Source of the DNA: a virus
Virus record (IMG/VR): IMGVR_UViG_3300045257_000190
Coordinates: 3,493 to 67,492 of that record
Reading direction: 5' to 3' (one strand)
Length of the DNA: 64,000 nucleotides
Shown: one piece after another, positions 17,701 through 27,368 of the stretch
Layout: each line of letters starts with the position of its first letter
How positions within the stretch are numbered: the first letter of the stretch is position 1
Made by a program: the position numbers and the translations under genes
Notes under the pieces: model-generated
What the model was told of the DNA's origin: nothing
The model's database searches: none
Seen by the model: only the letters and a program-made list of their open reading frames with translations

Positions 17701-20700
17701 TCGACTCATCGAGGATGTCCGTCACCGGCTGCATGATGTGATCGAGCAGCGTGTATTCGCTGGCGCTCTTAGGCTTGTCGAACCCAAGCGCATGCCGCGT
17801 CCAGTCGACGAAGTACCGCCAGATCGAATTGCCCTGCTTACGGGGTTCGTAGCCCAGCTGCGACATGATGCGCCGGAACTGCGGGCTCGCCTGTTTCGAG
17901 GCGGCGAACGCCTGCACCTCGGGGTTGGTCATCAGCCATGTGTGTACCTCACGGACGTCACTGGTCGCGTGGCGCAGTAGATTCCACACCCTCGGATCGA
18001 CCGTCTCCCTGTTCAGCCTTGCATGGTTGGCCAGCTCGGTGCCGATCGTGCGCAGCGCGTGAAGCTCACGATGGTTCGGATCGGTCTTGAGAAGATTGTT
18101 CAGGCGGTCAGTGGTAACCGAGTGGGCGATCTCGTGCAGTATGGTCTGCGCGGTTGACGGCGTATCCAGGTTGATGCCGATGTGGCGCTGGCCGTCACTG
18201 CGCATGCCCTCATGCGTGTAATATCCGTGCGTGCCACGGGGACCGCTCTCAAGGTTGTAGTGTATACTCCTGTAGCCACGACGTACAGCTTCCCCGAACG
18301 ATATGATGGGTATGTTATCGTTCACACGATCATAGAGTTTACGCGCCAGCTCCCATAATGGACGTTGCTCTGTCTTGAGCGCGCTGCTGCGCAGGATCGT
18401 CTCGAGTGCTGCCTTGGGTGTGTAGTCAACACCGTGTTCCTCGGAGGCGCGTATGTCCCGCCGCAGATCCTCGTGCAGACGCGGGTCGTTGGCCATGCGC
18501 ACGTAACGCGAGGCAAGCGGATCACGCAGGCCTTCGGGTCTGACACCCTCCTGGCGCAGCACTCCACCCAGCCCGTGCCGGCGTTCCAGCTCCGCCTCGA
18601 TCTGCGCGCGGGTGCGCTTCGGCAATGCCTCGAGGCGTTTGTGGATAACCTCGATGTCCTCAGGCGTTACCCCGCGCCGGTGCAGGATTGCGTTCTCGTA
18701 GCGCGCCCGGTCCTCGGCAGTGGCGCCTTCGGGCAGGCGTGCCCCAAGGCCCTCGATCTCGTACATCGCGCGCAGCACGCTGCGGGTATGTCCGCCGCCC
18801 GCTTCGACCTTGGCGACGTGCTTCTCGATCTGCGACTTCGGTATCGACGCGTTCTCGACCGCGTGCCCGACCGGGTCGTTGATCGCCTTCAGTGCGTTCT
18901 CGAGGTTCTCAATCCGCTCGGGATCGAAATGCGACAGCAGCTCGTGCAACTCCTCGGTGCGGTGCTGCTTCTGCCGGGGTGACAGCTCGGGGTCAGGCGC
19001 GCGCTCATGTTCCTGCTGCTGGCGTAGTAACTCTAGTTCAAGTTCCTTGTTCTTAGCCTGCTCGAGCCGGCGGGTGAGCCCCTCGGCAATCGTGTCATAC
19101 CCCTCGCGCCGCTGCCGCCCACCCTGGCGGCGGTCCAGCTCGTATTCCGCGTGCGCCTCGGGGCCGGTGATCTCGCCGGAGGCGACCTTGTCCACCAGAT
19201 CGTTCTGAATGCGCTCGCGATCGGTGGTGCCGGCGGCGCGTTCTTTCTCCTTGGCCTCGCCGAACACCTGCGTGGCAATCGGTGCCTCGCCTGCCTCACC
19301 TTCATGCGCGGTGGGAACCGTTTCGCCTTCCTCGGCGGCCCGATGCTCGGCGACGCCCTCGAGTTCAGTCGTGCTGCCGCTTGTCTCGGCAACACGATCC
19401 TCGGTCTCGGCAGTCCGTGCGCCGCGCTCGGTCTCGACCGCGAAGCGCTCACCCGATGCCGCGCGCATCGCCTGGATCTTCCTGGCCTCCACGCGTGCCT
19501 TGCCCGCCTTGACCTCGGCCGCGCGCTCCTTGATCTGCGCGAGCTTCTCGGCGGCGGCCTCCTTCTTGGCCTTCTCGGCGGCCTGCAGCTCCGCCTCGCG
19601 CGTGGCCTTGGCGCGCGCGACGGCCTCGGCATCCACCGGCTTGGCTTCGGGGAGCTTGGCCTTGGCGGCGGCCTCGGCGGCGGCGGGCGCCCGCAAGGGC
19701 CCGGGCGGTGGCTCCTCGCGCTTTTGTTCGCGTATGGCCAGCACGTCGGCGAGCTTGGAGGGAGCCTTCGCCGCAGGCTTAGCAGCCGGCTTAGACAGGA
19801 TATCGTGGGCTTCCTGCGGCTTCATATCGAGAAGCTGCTCAGGGGTGTAACCCCGCGCCGCAAGATCACGATACATCGCCTTCGTAATCATGAAGGGCAC
19901 GCTGGCCTTGGTGTCCGGCGCCTTCGCCTCGCCCTCGACCTTGGTGATCTTATTGCCGAAGTGTACGCGCTTGCCGTCCTGCCACACCTCGACGGGGATC
20001 GCGCCCACCGTGGGGTGCTCGGACACCTGGGTCATAGTGCGCCGTTCAAACTTACCGGCGCCCGGGCCCGAGGTGTATTTAACTCCCCACGCACCACTCG
20101 AGTGCTGGGCCAGAACTTTATCGGGGCCGCCCCGGGTCTGGAATTCACCTAGCTTATTAACGTCCCCTTCCGACACGTAGAACGTGCGATCGGAACGTGG
20201 CTGGGGTCCCTGCTCGGCGGCACCGTGCTCGGGGCGATACGCCTTGTCGCGCGTCGTCGTGCCGTCCTCGTGCACCTTGTAGGTCGAACCTTTGGCGGTG
20301 GTGAACCCGCCGGTGACCCTGGGCTCGGGCCCGGGTGTGGGCGCCACCCCTGCCGCTGCCTCTCCCGATGGTGCAGCTGGCCGCGCACCGACAGGTTCGG
20401 CAGGGGTGGCTTCAGCCTGAGGGGAGAGCGAACCCCCAGGCCGATCGGGTCGCGGCTCGACACCTACTCCCGGAGTAACCGTCTCAACGGGTTTGACAGG
20501 TGCTTCGGTGCCGGCAGGCCGGGGTTCACCCTCGAGCTTCGCACTTTCGCGCGCGTGCATCATCGCGATCTGCGGGGTGCTCATCCCCTTGAAGCTGTCC
20601 TCCGACCGGCCGGTCATGCCCATCAGGTCGCTGATCATGTCGGGGCGCTTGATGCCCTGCGTCGGCTTGATCGGTGCCCGTGCTTTTGACGCGGCTACGG

Positions 20701-22480
20701 CGGCCGCTGCAGGCTGCGTGGCGGCCGCCGCGACCCTGGCGGTGTCCACAGGGGGTGCGGCGGTCGCGGCCGTCTGCGCGGCCGCTGACGTGGCGGCAGG
20801 CGGGCCTGCGGGCGTGCCGCCCCCACCCGGCGGGGGCGGGGGCGGTGGCTCCCCCGGGCGCCGTGGCGGGTTGGCCTCGGGCAGCGAGGGGAACATCTCC
20901 CCCTGCCCCGTCGTGGGAACGATCGTGGGCGGTGCCTGATTGATCGGCAGTTCGTCCTGCCGGGCGCCGGGCATGCCCTGCGTGGGCGTGTTCATCGGCT
21001 GCGGTGGCGGCGTGGGTTCACCGGTCATTCGCCGCCCGGGCGCGTTGGCCTGCTGCACCTGTTGCAGTAACTCGCCCTGTGTGCCGCCCGGTGGGATACT
21101 CGGGGGCGCATTCTGCAAATCAAATTGCCCCTGCGGGGGCGGTATCGGACCGACAGGCTCGGTGTAAATCTGTCGCCCTGGCCCGGCTTCAGGTGGCCCG
21201 AGGGCTTCCTTCAGCGCCGCGCGTTCGTCAGGCGGTGTCTGCCCGACGTCGCGGGTATCCTCGATGCCCTTGGCGGGACCCTTGTGCGCGAGACCACCAA
21301 TGGCGCCGAAGAACAACCCCGGGATCGCACCCGACGCGAACATCTTGGCGACCTTGGTGGGGTCGAATTCTTCGTTCAGGCCTGTCTGGATACCTGCGCT
21401 CTGGCTTAGAGCCTCATTGGTGGCTCCTTGAGTGCCCATCAGGGCACCACCCTCGGCAGCACCAATGCCGGCCCGGGCCAGTCTGCCACGCCCGGCGGTA
21501 CCTAGCGCACCATGCACCAGCGTGCCTGACACACCCGCACCGGTAGCGGCACCGACCACACCACCCGCTGCCACCAGTAAACTGGCGGTCTGCTGGATAA
21601 CCTTCTCTTTAGCCGCGACGATGCTCATGCCCTGCTTGCGGTTCTCCGCATAGCCGGGCGCCTGCATCATCTCATCATCGGAGGCAGCGGTAACCTGCTT
21701 GACGATATCGTTGTAGACCGCACCACCACCCTGTGCGCCAAAGAACGCCCCTGACCCGGCCATACCGCCACGCGTGGCAACGGTACCCAACGCAGCCTTA
21801 CCCGCAGCAGCGATCTCCTCGGCAGTCTTACCGGCCGCCGTTGCCGCAGCGACTGCCTTCTCGGCGGTGCCGGCATATTTCGCAGCGGTAAGTGCTACCT
21901 TGGCGCCGATCGAGCTGGGCAGCACGAACGACAGCAGCATGGGTATCTGCGCGGTAAGATTGATCGCCGCGTAACGTGCGGCATCGCCGAAGCTGTCTAT
22001 CGACGGGGCTTTAGGGTCATCACTGAACAGGCTGGTCAACGTAGCCTTGCGTGCCCCAGGCGTCATGCTCTGGATCGACGCCTCGATATCATGCTCAAGC
22101 GACTGTTGGGCACGGCGGAAGATATTCTGCGAATCAGGATCGGAGCTTAGCTGTTGGGTTGCGTAAGCTGCCGCACCCATAAGATCAGCACCCATCGAGC
22201 GGGCGCCGTTCCACGCGGTCTTGGCGAAATCCGAGAAGTATAACCCGTGATCCTCGGGCGCAGTGTCAGGCGGGCGAAAGCCGAACGACTCACCGTTCGG
22301 ATCATACCCGGCGATATCTTCGATGCTTTGAGTCGGTGGCCTGACTGGCGGTTGGTAATGACTGACTGTGCGCGACGATGGAGCCGGCGGAGTGTATGCC
22401 CGCGTGGTGGGTGTAATACCCGACGGAATACCGTCGAGCTGGTCCTGATAAAGCCCCTGTTCGAAATCATCGAGCGGCAT
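14744..22480 (-). CDS. Giant internal virion/ejection protein (2578 aa)
   Basis: Size and position; Gly/Ala-rich hydrophobic N-terminus; HEIAH zincin-like motif; YFPQRRYG (PLxRFG-like); helical C-terminus. Confidence 0.75.
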   Translation of the reverse strand: MPLDDFEQGLYQDQLDGIPSGITPTTRAYTPPAPSSRTVSHYQPPVRPPTQSIEDIAGYDPNGESFGFRPPDTAPEDHGLYFSDFAKTAWNGARSMGADLMGAAAYATQQLSSDPDSQNIFRRAQQSLEHDIEASIQSMTPGARKATLTSLFSDDPKAPSIDSFGDAARYAAINLTAQIPMLLSFVLPSSIGAKVALTAAKYAGTAEKAVAAATAAGKTAEEIAAAGKAALGTVATRGGMAGSGAFFGAQGGGAVYNDIVKQVTAASDDEMMQAPGYAENRKQGMSIVAAKEKVIQQTASLLVAAGGVVGAATGAGVSGTLVHGALGTAGRGRLARAGIGAAEGGALMGTQGATNEALSQSAGIQTGLNEEFDPTKVAKMFASGAIPGLFFGAIGGLAHKGPAKGIEDTRDVGQTPPDERAALKEALGPPEAGPGRQIYTEPVGPIPPPQGQFDLQNAPPSIPPGGTQGELLQQVQQANAPGRRMTGEPTPPPQPMNTPTQGMPGARQDELPINQAPPTIVPTTGQGEMFPSLPEANPPRRPGEPPPPPPPGGGGTPAGPPAATSAAAQTAATAAPPVDTARVAAAATQPAAAAVAASKARAPIKPTQGIKRPDMISDLMGMTGRSEDSFKGMSTPQIAMMHARESAKLEGEPRPAGTEAPVKPVETVTPGVGVEPRPDRPGGSLSPQAEATPAEPVGARPAAPSGEAAAGVAPTPGPEPRVTGGFTTAKGSTYKVHEDGTTTRDKAYRPEHGAAEQGPQPRSDRTFYVSEGDVNKLGEFQTRGGPDKVLAQHSSGAWGVKYTSGPGAGKFERRTMTQVSEHPTVGAIPVEVWQDGKRVHFGNKITKVEGEAKAPDTKASVPFMITKAMYRDLAARGYTPEQLLDMKPQEAHDILSKPAAKPAAKAPSKLADVLAIREQKREEPPPGPLRAPAAAEAAAKAKLPEAKPVDAEAVARAKATREAELQAAEKAKKEAAAEKLAQIKERAAEVKAGKARVEARKIQAMRAASGERFAVETERGARTAETEDRVAETSGSTTELEGVAEHRAAEEGETVPTAHEGEAGEAPIATQVFGEAKEKERAAGTTDRERIQNDLVDKVASGEITGPEAHAEYELDRRQGGRQRREGYDTIAEGLTRRLEQAKNKELELELLRQQQEHERAPDPELSPRQKQHRTEELHELLSHFDPERIENLENALKAINDPVGHAVENASIPKSQIEKHVAKVEAGGGHTRSVLRAMYEIEGLGARLPEGATAEDRARYENAILHRRGVTPEDIEVIHKRLEALPKRTRAQIEAELERRHGLGGVLRQEGVRPEGLRDPLASRYVRMANDPRLHEDLRRDIRASEEHGVDYTPKAALETILRSSALKTEQRPLWELARKLYDRVNDNIPIISFGEAVRRGYRSIHYNLESGPRGTHGYYTHEGMRSDGQRHIGINLDTPSTAQTILHEIAHSVTTDRLNNLLKTDPNHRELHALRTIGTELANHARLNRETVDPRVWNLLRHATSDVREVHTWLMTNPEVQAFAASKQASPQFRRIMSQLGYEPRKQGNSIWRYFVDWTRHALGFDKPKSASEYTLLDHIMQPVTDILDESIKHNERVNPSDPVLRAHAEPLRQASVDYLRDAGRGIVERIRPSNLPDRLRNAVYGATNVDALTSFHKDILPGLEDYRRIRDTIARTGTEAAQRFGDATRALIKQWGKLSDQKELGQLMNKASIGEMHLGEGVKPDANAHLKSPEQQAELRSAQAEYAKLSSGAKDFYNKARDLYKQFYKETREAELSGSLKSVIPDVTPDQQSAFVHALRNQESLEAYMKDPDNSEIAKAFGTKWAENRDLAKIVAKAHSYGYTKGDYFPQRRYGKYVVHYGTDENRGVEFFDRKSKALDRRAELVKQYGEKDVWQVTRHNQKFTKDILATHPAVGELESALARKGFTAAQAEHARDVLASILVNHMSDTQAARQRLRRQGIVGAETNHSRVLANEFVNHVNRLGYLRHGAERQATLDNLWAQQRDLERPGADPGDATRAAMVIQSLEKRIQRPEDMNNSVQRNLAHVNAFNYAMSLMSPSHMVTSTMEAHTNSIALLGGRHGIFRATSAVARNLARAAPVLGKSGDGMLQAMRHNLQSSNWNVLDMLTKQFQDAPGANKAHIQALHDMLAQSGVIDHTQMSDMRRQMNPDGVFDGKIAGMWERVADTNAIVAHYVDAINRYVSAKSAFDLELAKNKGDVAGAIEYAEKTARRVAPNYTSGNRELLTSPMGPLKWAGAPLMQFKRYGLHMYAMMGTLVKESMRAGTSAERWEARKSLAYLMGTHAMMAGVLGLPTTDAIRYLGGAWDLFHGRAPHNYENSMRGAIASVFGKTAGELISRGLPHALGFDVHRRVALNNLLEMPELSNFGAKGIGEVLMHLVTGATGDNLTKAVEGATKLLQGDLGGTRALIPRIVRDPMDAINLARKGVVDSKGHTILPPSKISYSDVGLRAVGFNPARVSETREGRAAVLEARQEQSAERSQLTTSWLEGSPADRAAAWQAIVAYNAANPHARITREQLLQQEKASKKSSATFGLRLPKQSAAALMGAGAFANAP

Positions 22481-22483
22481 GGC

Positions 22484-25400
22484 TCATGCTGCCTGCGACA
22501 CAGGCGTGATACCTGCGAGATTGGTCTGATACCTGCCCGCCATACGTGGGTCGTTCAGCCCTGCGCCAACCGCCGAAGTGTGCTGGGTATTAGGCGGCGG
22601 CGGTGGCGTCGTGACGGTAACTTTCCCGCCAACCGGTATAGCCCCCATCAACCCGCGAACACGTGAGCCACGCTCGGGGCTCAGCAGGGCATAGGCGCGA
22701 GAGGGGTCAGCTTTATTAGCGTCAGTGCCGGCATCATACACGCCGTAACGCTGCGTGCCGTCGCGCATGACAACCGACGAGATTATCTTTTTACCGTGAG
22801 TAAGTTCCCCTGCCAACGTATCCGCTGCTGGCCCGGCCATGCCCCAGCCACCTTGCACGACAGGGATACGCAACTCACGACTGATCTGAGATTCATTGCC
22901 GAGACGCGTATACTCAGCCTGCACCGTCGCAAGTTTTTCCTGCAGGGATTTATCGTTGGGATCCGCATTCAGCGCCGTCTGTGCATCGTCGATCGCCTCG
23001 CGGGCCTTCGTCATACGCGGGTTGAAATCCGTGTTCACTGCTTGGTTGGCCGCCTGTTCAACAGTGACCGCATTACCAGCGGCACCGGCAGTTTTCAGCT
23101 CGTCGGCATGCCTAAACCGCTCCTCCTGCATGTCGCGCTGGAACTGCTCCTTCTGGTCCAGCAGCGCTTGCTTGATACCCGGCTGAGCGTTGTAGAAATT
23201 CGCATGCGCCAGCGTCTGCGCGATCGTCGCGTTGTTTTTCTGATGTTCGTCCAGCACCTGGGTAAAGGTGTTCGGATGCTGTAATGCAATGATTTGTGTC
23301 ATGACCAGCTCAGGAGTAAGCAATTTCCCCGGGCCCATCTGTAAGCCAGTGTGCTCGTCGAACTGCACCGCGCCCAGCCGGCCCTGCTTGTCGACACCGA
23401 ACCGGGCATAGGTGCCATCCGGGAAGAATGCATGCGCCTTGGCAAACGCACCGGCGGCACCCACCATGTCACCAGCCTGCATCGCGGTGTAACCCGCGAT
23501 GAGGTTGCTTACCGTACCTTGATGCGCGACCTGCGCGATGTATTCGCCAACATGCCCCACGAGATCGATGCGCCCGTGCGCCATGGCTGAGCCTTCCATC
23601 ATCGCCTGCAGATGCCGCCAGCGATCGGTCATACCCAGACCCGCCGGCCCCATCGTCGCCATCGTGCTGAGTGCACCATCGGGCGTGGTCTGCTGGACGA
23701 CCGTGCGCATATAGTCCGACTCATTGCCGGATGTAGCGCCGGGGTTCATTGCGCTCGCGTTGATTACGACCCTGCCGTCGTACATAGCGTCGAGGGACTG
23801 CAGCTTCTTTCGGAAAACCGGATTCGCCAACTCAGCGGACCAGTTACCCCGGGCGCGCGCAGGTGCGCCTTCACCAGCCATGTAGGCATAGTTCGTGGCA
23901 ATCGAGCCAGCACCGAGACCCTTATCGTTCGCCAGATAACGCATATAAAGAATGCCTGCCGCCATCGCATCCTTTGGATCGTTCGGGTTCAAATTGTAGT
24001 GGAACAGCCGGTTCATCGTGTCGAACGTCTGCGGCATGACCTGGATCGGACCGTATTCACCGTCAGCACCCCGACCGGGGTTCCACTTGAACCCACCCTC
24101 ACGCCACCAAGTAGCGGCAACCTGATCGTCGCGCACCACGCCACCACCGAAGCGCTGCACCAGATCGTGCATAACCTGGAAATCCTGCGGACGCTCGTGC
24201 TGTAGATGGGTCAGGAACATCGGGTGCACCGGCGGCGCATACGCCGGCTCGGTCGGCTGGGACTGCAGCGAAGGGCTCACCTGATTGGGTAGCACCTGAC
24301 CATCGCCGCCTTTCACCGGCACCGGTGGCGGCGTCTGCTCGGTACCGGAGGACTTCGTTGGCGCAGCAGGCGTGGCGGGCTTGTCGAGCACCGTGCCGAA
24401 CCCGGTGGTACCGCTCGCATCTGTCGGCGTGATACCCGATGCAGGCGCAGGTGTTGCCGGCGGTTGCGCATAGGCCGGCGGTGTCGGCGTCGGCGAAGGG
24501 GCGCCCGCGCCCGCGCCCGCACCAGCAACAGGCGGCGCGGGCGCAGCAGGAGGCGCGGGCGCGGCAGGAGGCGCAGGCGCGGCAGGAGGCGCGGGTGCAC
24601 CCTCGGTTTGCGCAGCTGGTAGCAATGCACGATCGGCTGCTGTGGGTGTACCTGCCGCCGCCTTCGGGATCAGCATGTCCAACGCGCTGGAGACGATACC
24701 CCCGCCACCACCTCCCTGCGATGGTGTTGCATCCGAACGCTGCTGGCCCGGCGCGGATATCGTCGCGCCGACCGGGCGATTGGTAATCGCTGACGGACGC
24801 TGCAACGCTGACGTCGGTATGGGTAGCCATTGCTGCGTGCCCGCATCGTAGTAGTGCCCCCGATCGTCGACCGGCATGCCCGGCGAATAGGGCGTCACCG
24901 AAGGCGGCGGCGGGGGGCCTGCCTGTTGAGGCTGCGGTTGTCCAGGACGGGTAACAGTACCACCAACCGGACGGTTGGTGATCTGCGACGGCTGGGTTAG
25001 CCGCGACGGTGCGGGCGTTACAACCGGCGGCGGCGGTTGCGGCGTGGGTATCTGCGATTCCAATGTCGCCGGTGGTCGCAAGTTAACCGGCGGCGGTGGT
25101 TGCGGCGTAGGATATGGCGATGGCATGTATGGAGCTGCCACCGACGGGATCACTCCACCTAATCCAGGTGTACGTTGTGTAACCGGTGCAACCGGCTCAA
25201 CGGGTGCAACGGGTGCAACAGGCGCAGCTTGATTCGGGGTGCGCCATTGACCTGTCGTCGGGTCAAACGGCAACAGATCCTTAGTTCTCCTCCAGCCCTC
25301 GCGCAACTGTTCGATGGTCGTCGGCATAGTGTCCGGTGGCCGAGATTCATCGGAGCCCTTAGGCTGCGATGCAACCGTCACACCAGATGACAGTCCCCGG

Positions 25401-25867
25401 TTAACCCGGTCGATGTCAGCAGCCAATGGTGTCGGTCGGTTAGTATCCTCGTATTGCGGCGCGGATATGCCCTTACCCGGAGGTGGTGCCGGTGGACCAC
25501 CGACGTTCTTAATCTTTTCAGGGGATACCGGGCCCGAGCCAGTGCCGGCGCTTGGCGGCGTTGTACCCTCTGCACCGGGTGCTGGTGCTCCACCTTTACG
25601 CGTGCTGGGGGAAAGATAGGGCCCACCAGAGGGCGAACCGGAGACGTCACCCTCCGGAATCACCACACCCGGCGGATGCTCCATGCCCGACTGCCAACCC
25701 GGTACGTTCTGGTTGGCACGGTCCAGCGCCTCGGTTTTCAACCGATACTCTTGCATCTCATAGTCTTTATCGGTTTGCCGGATACCCTGGTAAGCCGAGT
25801 ACGCGGTAAACGCGCTCTGCGCGCCATTGAACAAACCATTAGCAAACGATCCAAGATAGAAGGGCAT
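22484..25867 (-). CDS. Ejection protein with lytic transglycosylase (SLT) domain
   Basis: REGG...GEYGPIQVMPQT...DP..AMAAGILYM...AYMAGEG; long Pro-rich region. Confidence 0.75.
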   Translation of the reverse strand: MPFYLGSFANGLFNGAQSAFTAYSAYQGIRQTDKDYEMQEYRLKTEALDRANQNVPGWQSGMEHPPGVVIPEGDVSGSPSGGPYLSPSTRKGGAPAPGAEGTTPPSAGTGSGPVSPEKIKNVGGPPAPPPGKGISAPQYEDTNRPTPLAADIDRVNRGLSSGVTVASQPKGSDESRPPDTMPTTIEQLREGWRRTKDLLPFDPTTGQWRTPNQAAPVAPVAPVEPVAPVTQRTPGLGGVIPSVAAPYMPSPYPTPQPPPPVNLRPPATLESQIPTPQPPPPVVTPAPSRLTQPSQITNRPVGGTVTRPGQPQPQQAGPPPPPSVTPYSPGMPVDDRGHYYDAGTQQWLPIPTSALQRPSAITNRPVGATISAPGQQRSDATPSQGGGGGGIVSSALDMLIPKAAAGTPTAADRALLPAAQTEGAPAPPAAPAPPAAPAPPAAPAPPVAGAGAGAGAPSPTPTPPAYAQPPATPAPASGITPTDASGTTGFGTVLDKPATPAAPTKSSGTEQTPPPVPVKGGDGQVLPNQVSPSLQSQPTEPAYAPPVHPMFLTHLQHERPQDFQVMHDLVQRFGGGVVRDDQVAATWWREGGFKWNPGRGADGEYGPIQVMPQTFDTMNRLFHYNLNPNDPKDAMAAGILYMRYLANDKGLGAGSIATNYAYMAGEGAPARARGNWSAELANPVFRKKLQSLDAMYDGRVVINASAMNPGATSGNESDYMRTVVQQTTPDGALSTMATMGPAGLGMTDRWRHLQAMMEGSAMAHGRIDLVGHVGEYIAQVAHQGTVSNLIAGYTAMQAGDMVGAAGAFAKAHAFFPDGTYARFGVDKQGRLGAVQFDEHTGLQMGPGKLLTPELVMTQIIALQHPNTFTQVLDEHQKNNATIAQTLAHANFYNAQPGIKQALLDQKEQFQRDMQEERFRHADELKTAGAAGNAVTVEQAANQAVNTDFNPRMTKAREAIDDAQTALNADPNDKSLQEKLATVQAEYTRLGNESQISRELRIPVVQGGWGMAGPAADTLAGELTHGKKIISSVVMRDGTQRYGVYDAGTDANKADPSRAYALLSPERGSRVRGLMGAIPVGGKVTVTTPPPPPNTQHTSAVGAGLNDPRMAGRYQTNLAGITPVSQAA
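24520..24600 (-). repeat. 18-bp coding tandem repeat (PAAPAP x about 4)
   Basis: GCAGGAGGCGCGGGCGCG-like units. Confidence 0.7.
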
Positions 25868-25870
25868 AGA

Positions 25871-26662
25871 CTAGCTCTCCACTTCCCGCTTCAGGTCTGC
25901 CAACGAACCGGCGATCTCGCTCACCACCACTTGCAGACGTCGGTCGTAATCCGCCCATAATAACGGATGATGCCGCTTCAGATAACTGGCACGACGTTCC
26001 CCCCACCACGCCGAACAGCGCGCGCACTCGGGTGAATTAGTTACATAATCATACACCCGGGGCACCGGTATCTTATGCAGTGCGAGATAGGAGAACACCT
26101 GCTCATGCGTCCAATCCACGATGGGCAGCCAGAGCGTGATCCGATCAGCGATAACCTCGAGGTTCTCGGCGGGCAGTACGGGCATGTCCACGCGCTTGGT
26201 GCCACGTATCAACAGGGTAATCCCGTCATCGTAGACACGCTGCATGGCAGGCGCCATCAGGTTCGCCCAGCAGCAATCATAGCGGGATACCAATTTAGCG
26301 CCCGACTGGCCCATCACTCGCGCCACAGGGTGCGCCGAGTAGGGCATGAGATCGGTGGGTAACCCATTCGCATCGATCCATTCGGACACATGCGTCTCGA
26401 CGCGCACGAACTTGGGTACCATGGCCTCGATGCGCGCGACACTCGCCATCATCTCAGGGAGCAGATCACCCGTGTCGATGTGGTAGACCGTGATCCGGTC
26501 GAGATACTCCCGGAGTAAGTGCACACACGTGAGCGAATCCTTACCCCCGCTCGCGAGCAGGGCGATCTTCTCGTGCTGATCGAGGATGCTGAAATCTATC
26601 ATATACAGATCGGTCGGGTGATACTCTCTGCAGTACAGTCGCCAACCCAAAACAGAGAGCAC
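25871..26662 (-). CDS. PAPS/APS reductase-family (PP-loop) protein
   Basis: LASGGKDS, IDTG, DCC, LIRG.K..D, PIVDWT..QV..YL, ECARC; alternative start at 26602. Confidence 0.8.
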   Translation of the reverse strand: MLSVLGWRLYCREYHPTDLYMIDFSILDQHEKIALLASGGKDSLTCVHLLREYLDRITVYHIDTGDLLPEMMASVARIEAMVPKFVRVETHVSEWIDANGLPTDLMPYSAHPVARVMGQSGAKLVSRYDCCWANLMAPAMQRVYDDGITLLIRGTKRVDMPVLPAENLEVIADRITLWLPIVDWTHEQVFSYLALHKIPVPRVYDYVTNSPECARCSAWWGERRASYLKRHHPLLWADYDRRLQVVVSEIAGSLADLKREVES

Positions 26663-26705
26663 CCCCTCCCCGCTACCTCACTCATTCGAGATCTTGGTGC
26701 GACCC

Positions 26706-27368
26706 TCACGCGCGTACGGCTTTCCATAAGACGGGCCGAAGCTCGTGGAATATCTGTGTGTATTCCTCGTCGTTGCCGTAGAGCCTACGGAAGATCGTAT
26801 CGTCGCCTGTGGGGTTCTCCCGTACCATGACATTCCAGCCCGCCACATCGGCGATCTCCCGCATCATCTCAAACTTGACAGCGCGCGCGTAGAGCCGATG
26901 CAAGAGTAAATAGTTGTTACCCTCCAGGCGTTCATAGTCATACACGAACAGCTCGCCGCCCGGCTTGGTCACACGGGCAGCCTCACACAGCGTCTTGCCC
27001 AGGCTGTCCGCCTGACACAGCGAATAGAGGAACATACACCCGTCAAACGTAGCGGTCGGAAGGGGCATATCCTCCATCTTGCTGTAGACCTTCGTGTAGC
27101 CATCCGGACAATGATCCAGCTGGAACCCGCTATTGTTCAGCAAAGTGAAAGTTAAATCCGGACGCAGCTCACGCATCAACCGCGCCGCCTCGCCGAACCC
27201 GCAGCCCACATCCAGCCAGTTGGTATCCAACTTGGGACACATGAAATCGAGCAGCTTCGCAACGTGTCCCAGATCCGTTTCGGCTAACCTGTGCCCCTGC
27301 AGCAGGCGCAGATCCTGCGCCAAGGCCCACTGCGACGAACGGATCAACACGTCGACCGGGATCGTCAT
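26706..27368 (-). CDS. Class I SAM-dependent methyltransferase
   Basis: WLDVGCGFG, MPLPTATFD, EAARVTKPGG; ATGA overlap with upstream gene. Confidence 0.85.
   Translation of the reverse strand: MTIPVDVLIRSSQWALAQDLRLLQGHRLAETDLGHVAKLLDFMCPKLDTNWLDVGCGFGEAARLMRELRPDLTFTLLNNSGFQLDHCPDGYTKVYSKMEDMPLPTATFDGCMFLYSLCQADSLGKTLCEAARVTKPGGELFVYDYERLEGNNYLLLHRLYARAVKFEMMREIADVAGWNVMVRENPTGDDTIFRRLYGNDEEYTQIFHELRPVLWKAVRA

Noticed and set aside
14744-22480. N4-like virion RNA polymerase or tape-measure protein
   Set aside because: No recognisable RNAP motifs or tape-measure repeats; no tail tube or sheath genes.
2127-26662. Dnd phosphorothioation system (DGQHR-like plus PAPS-reductase-like genes)
   Set aside because: The genes are 23 kb apart on opposite strands; no DndD, DndE or cysteine desulfurase recognised.
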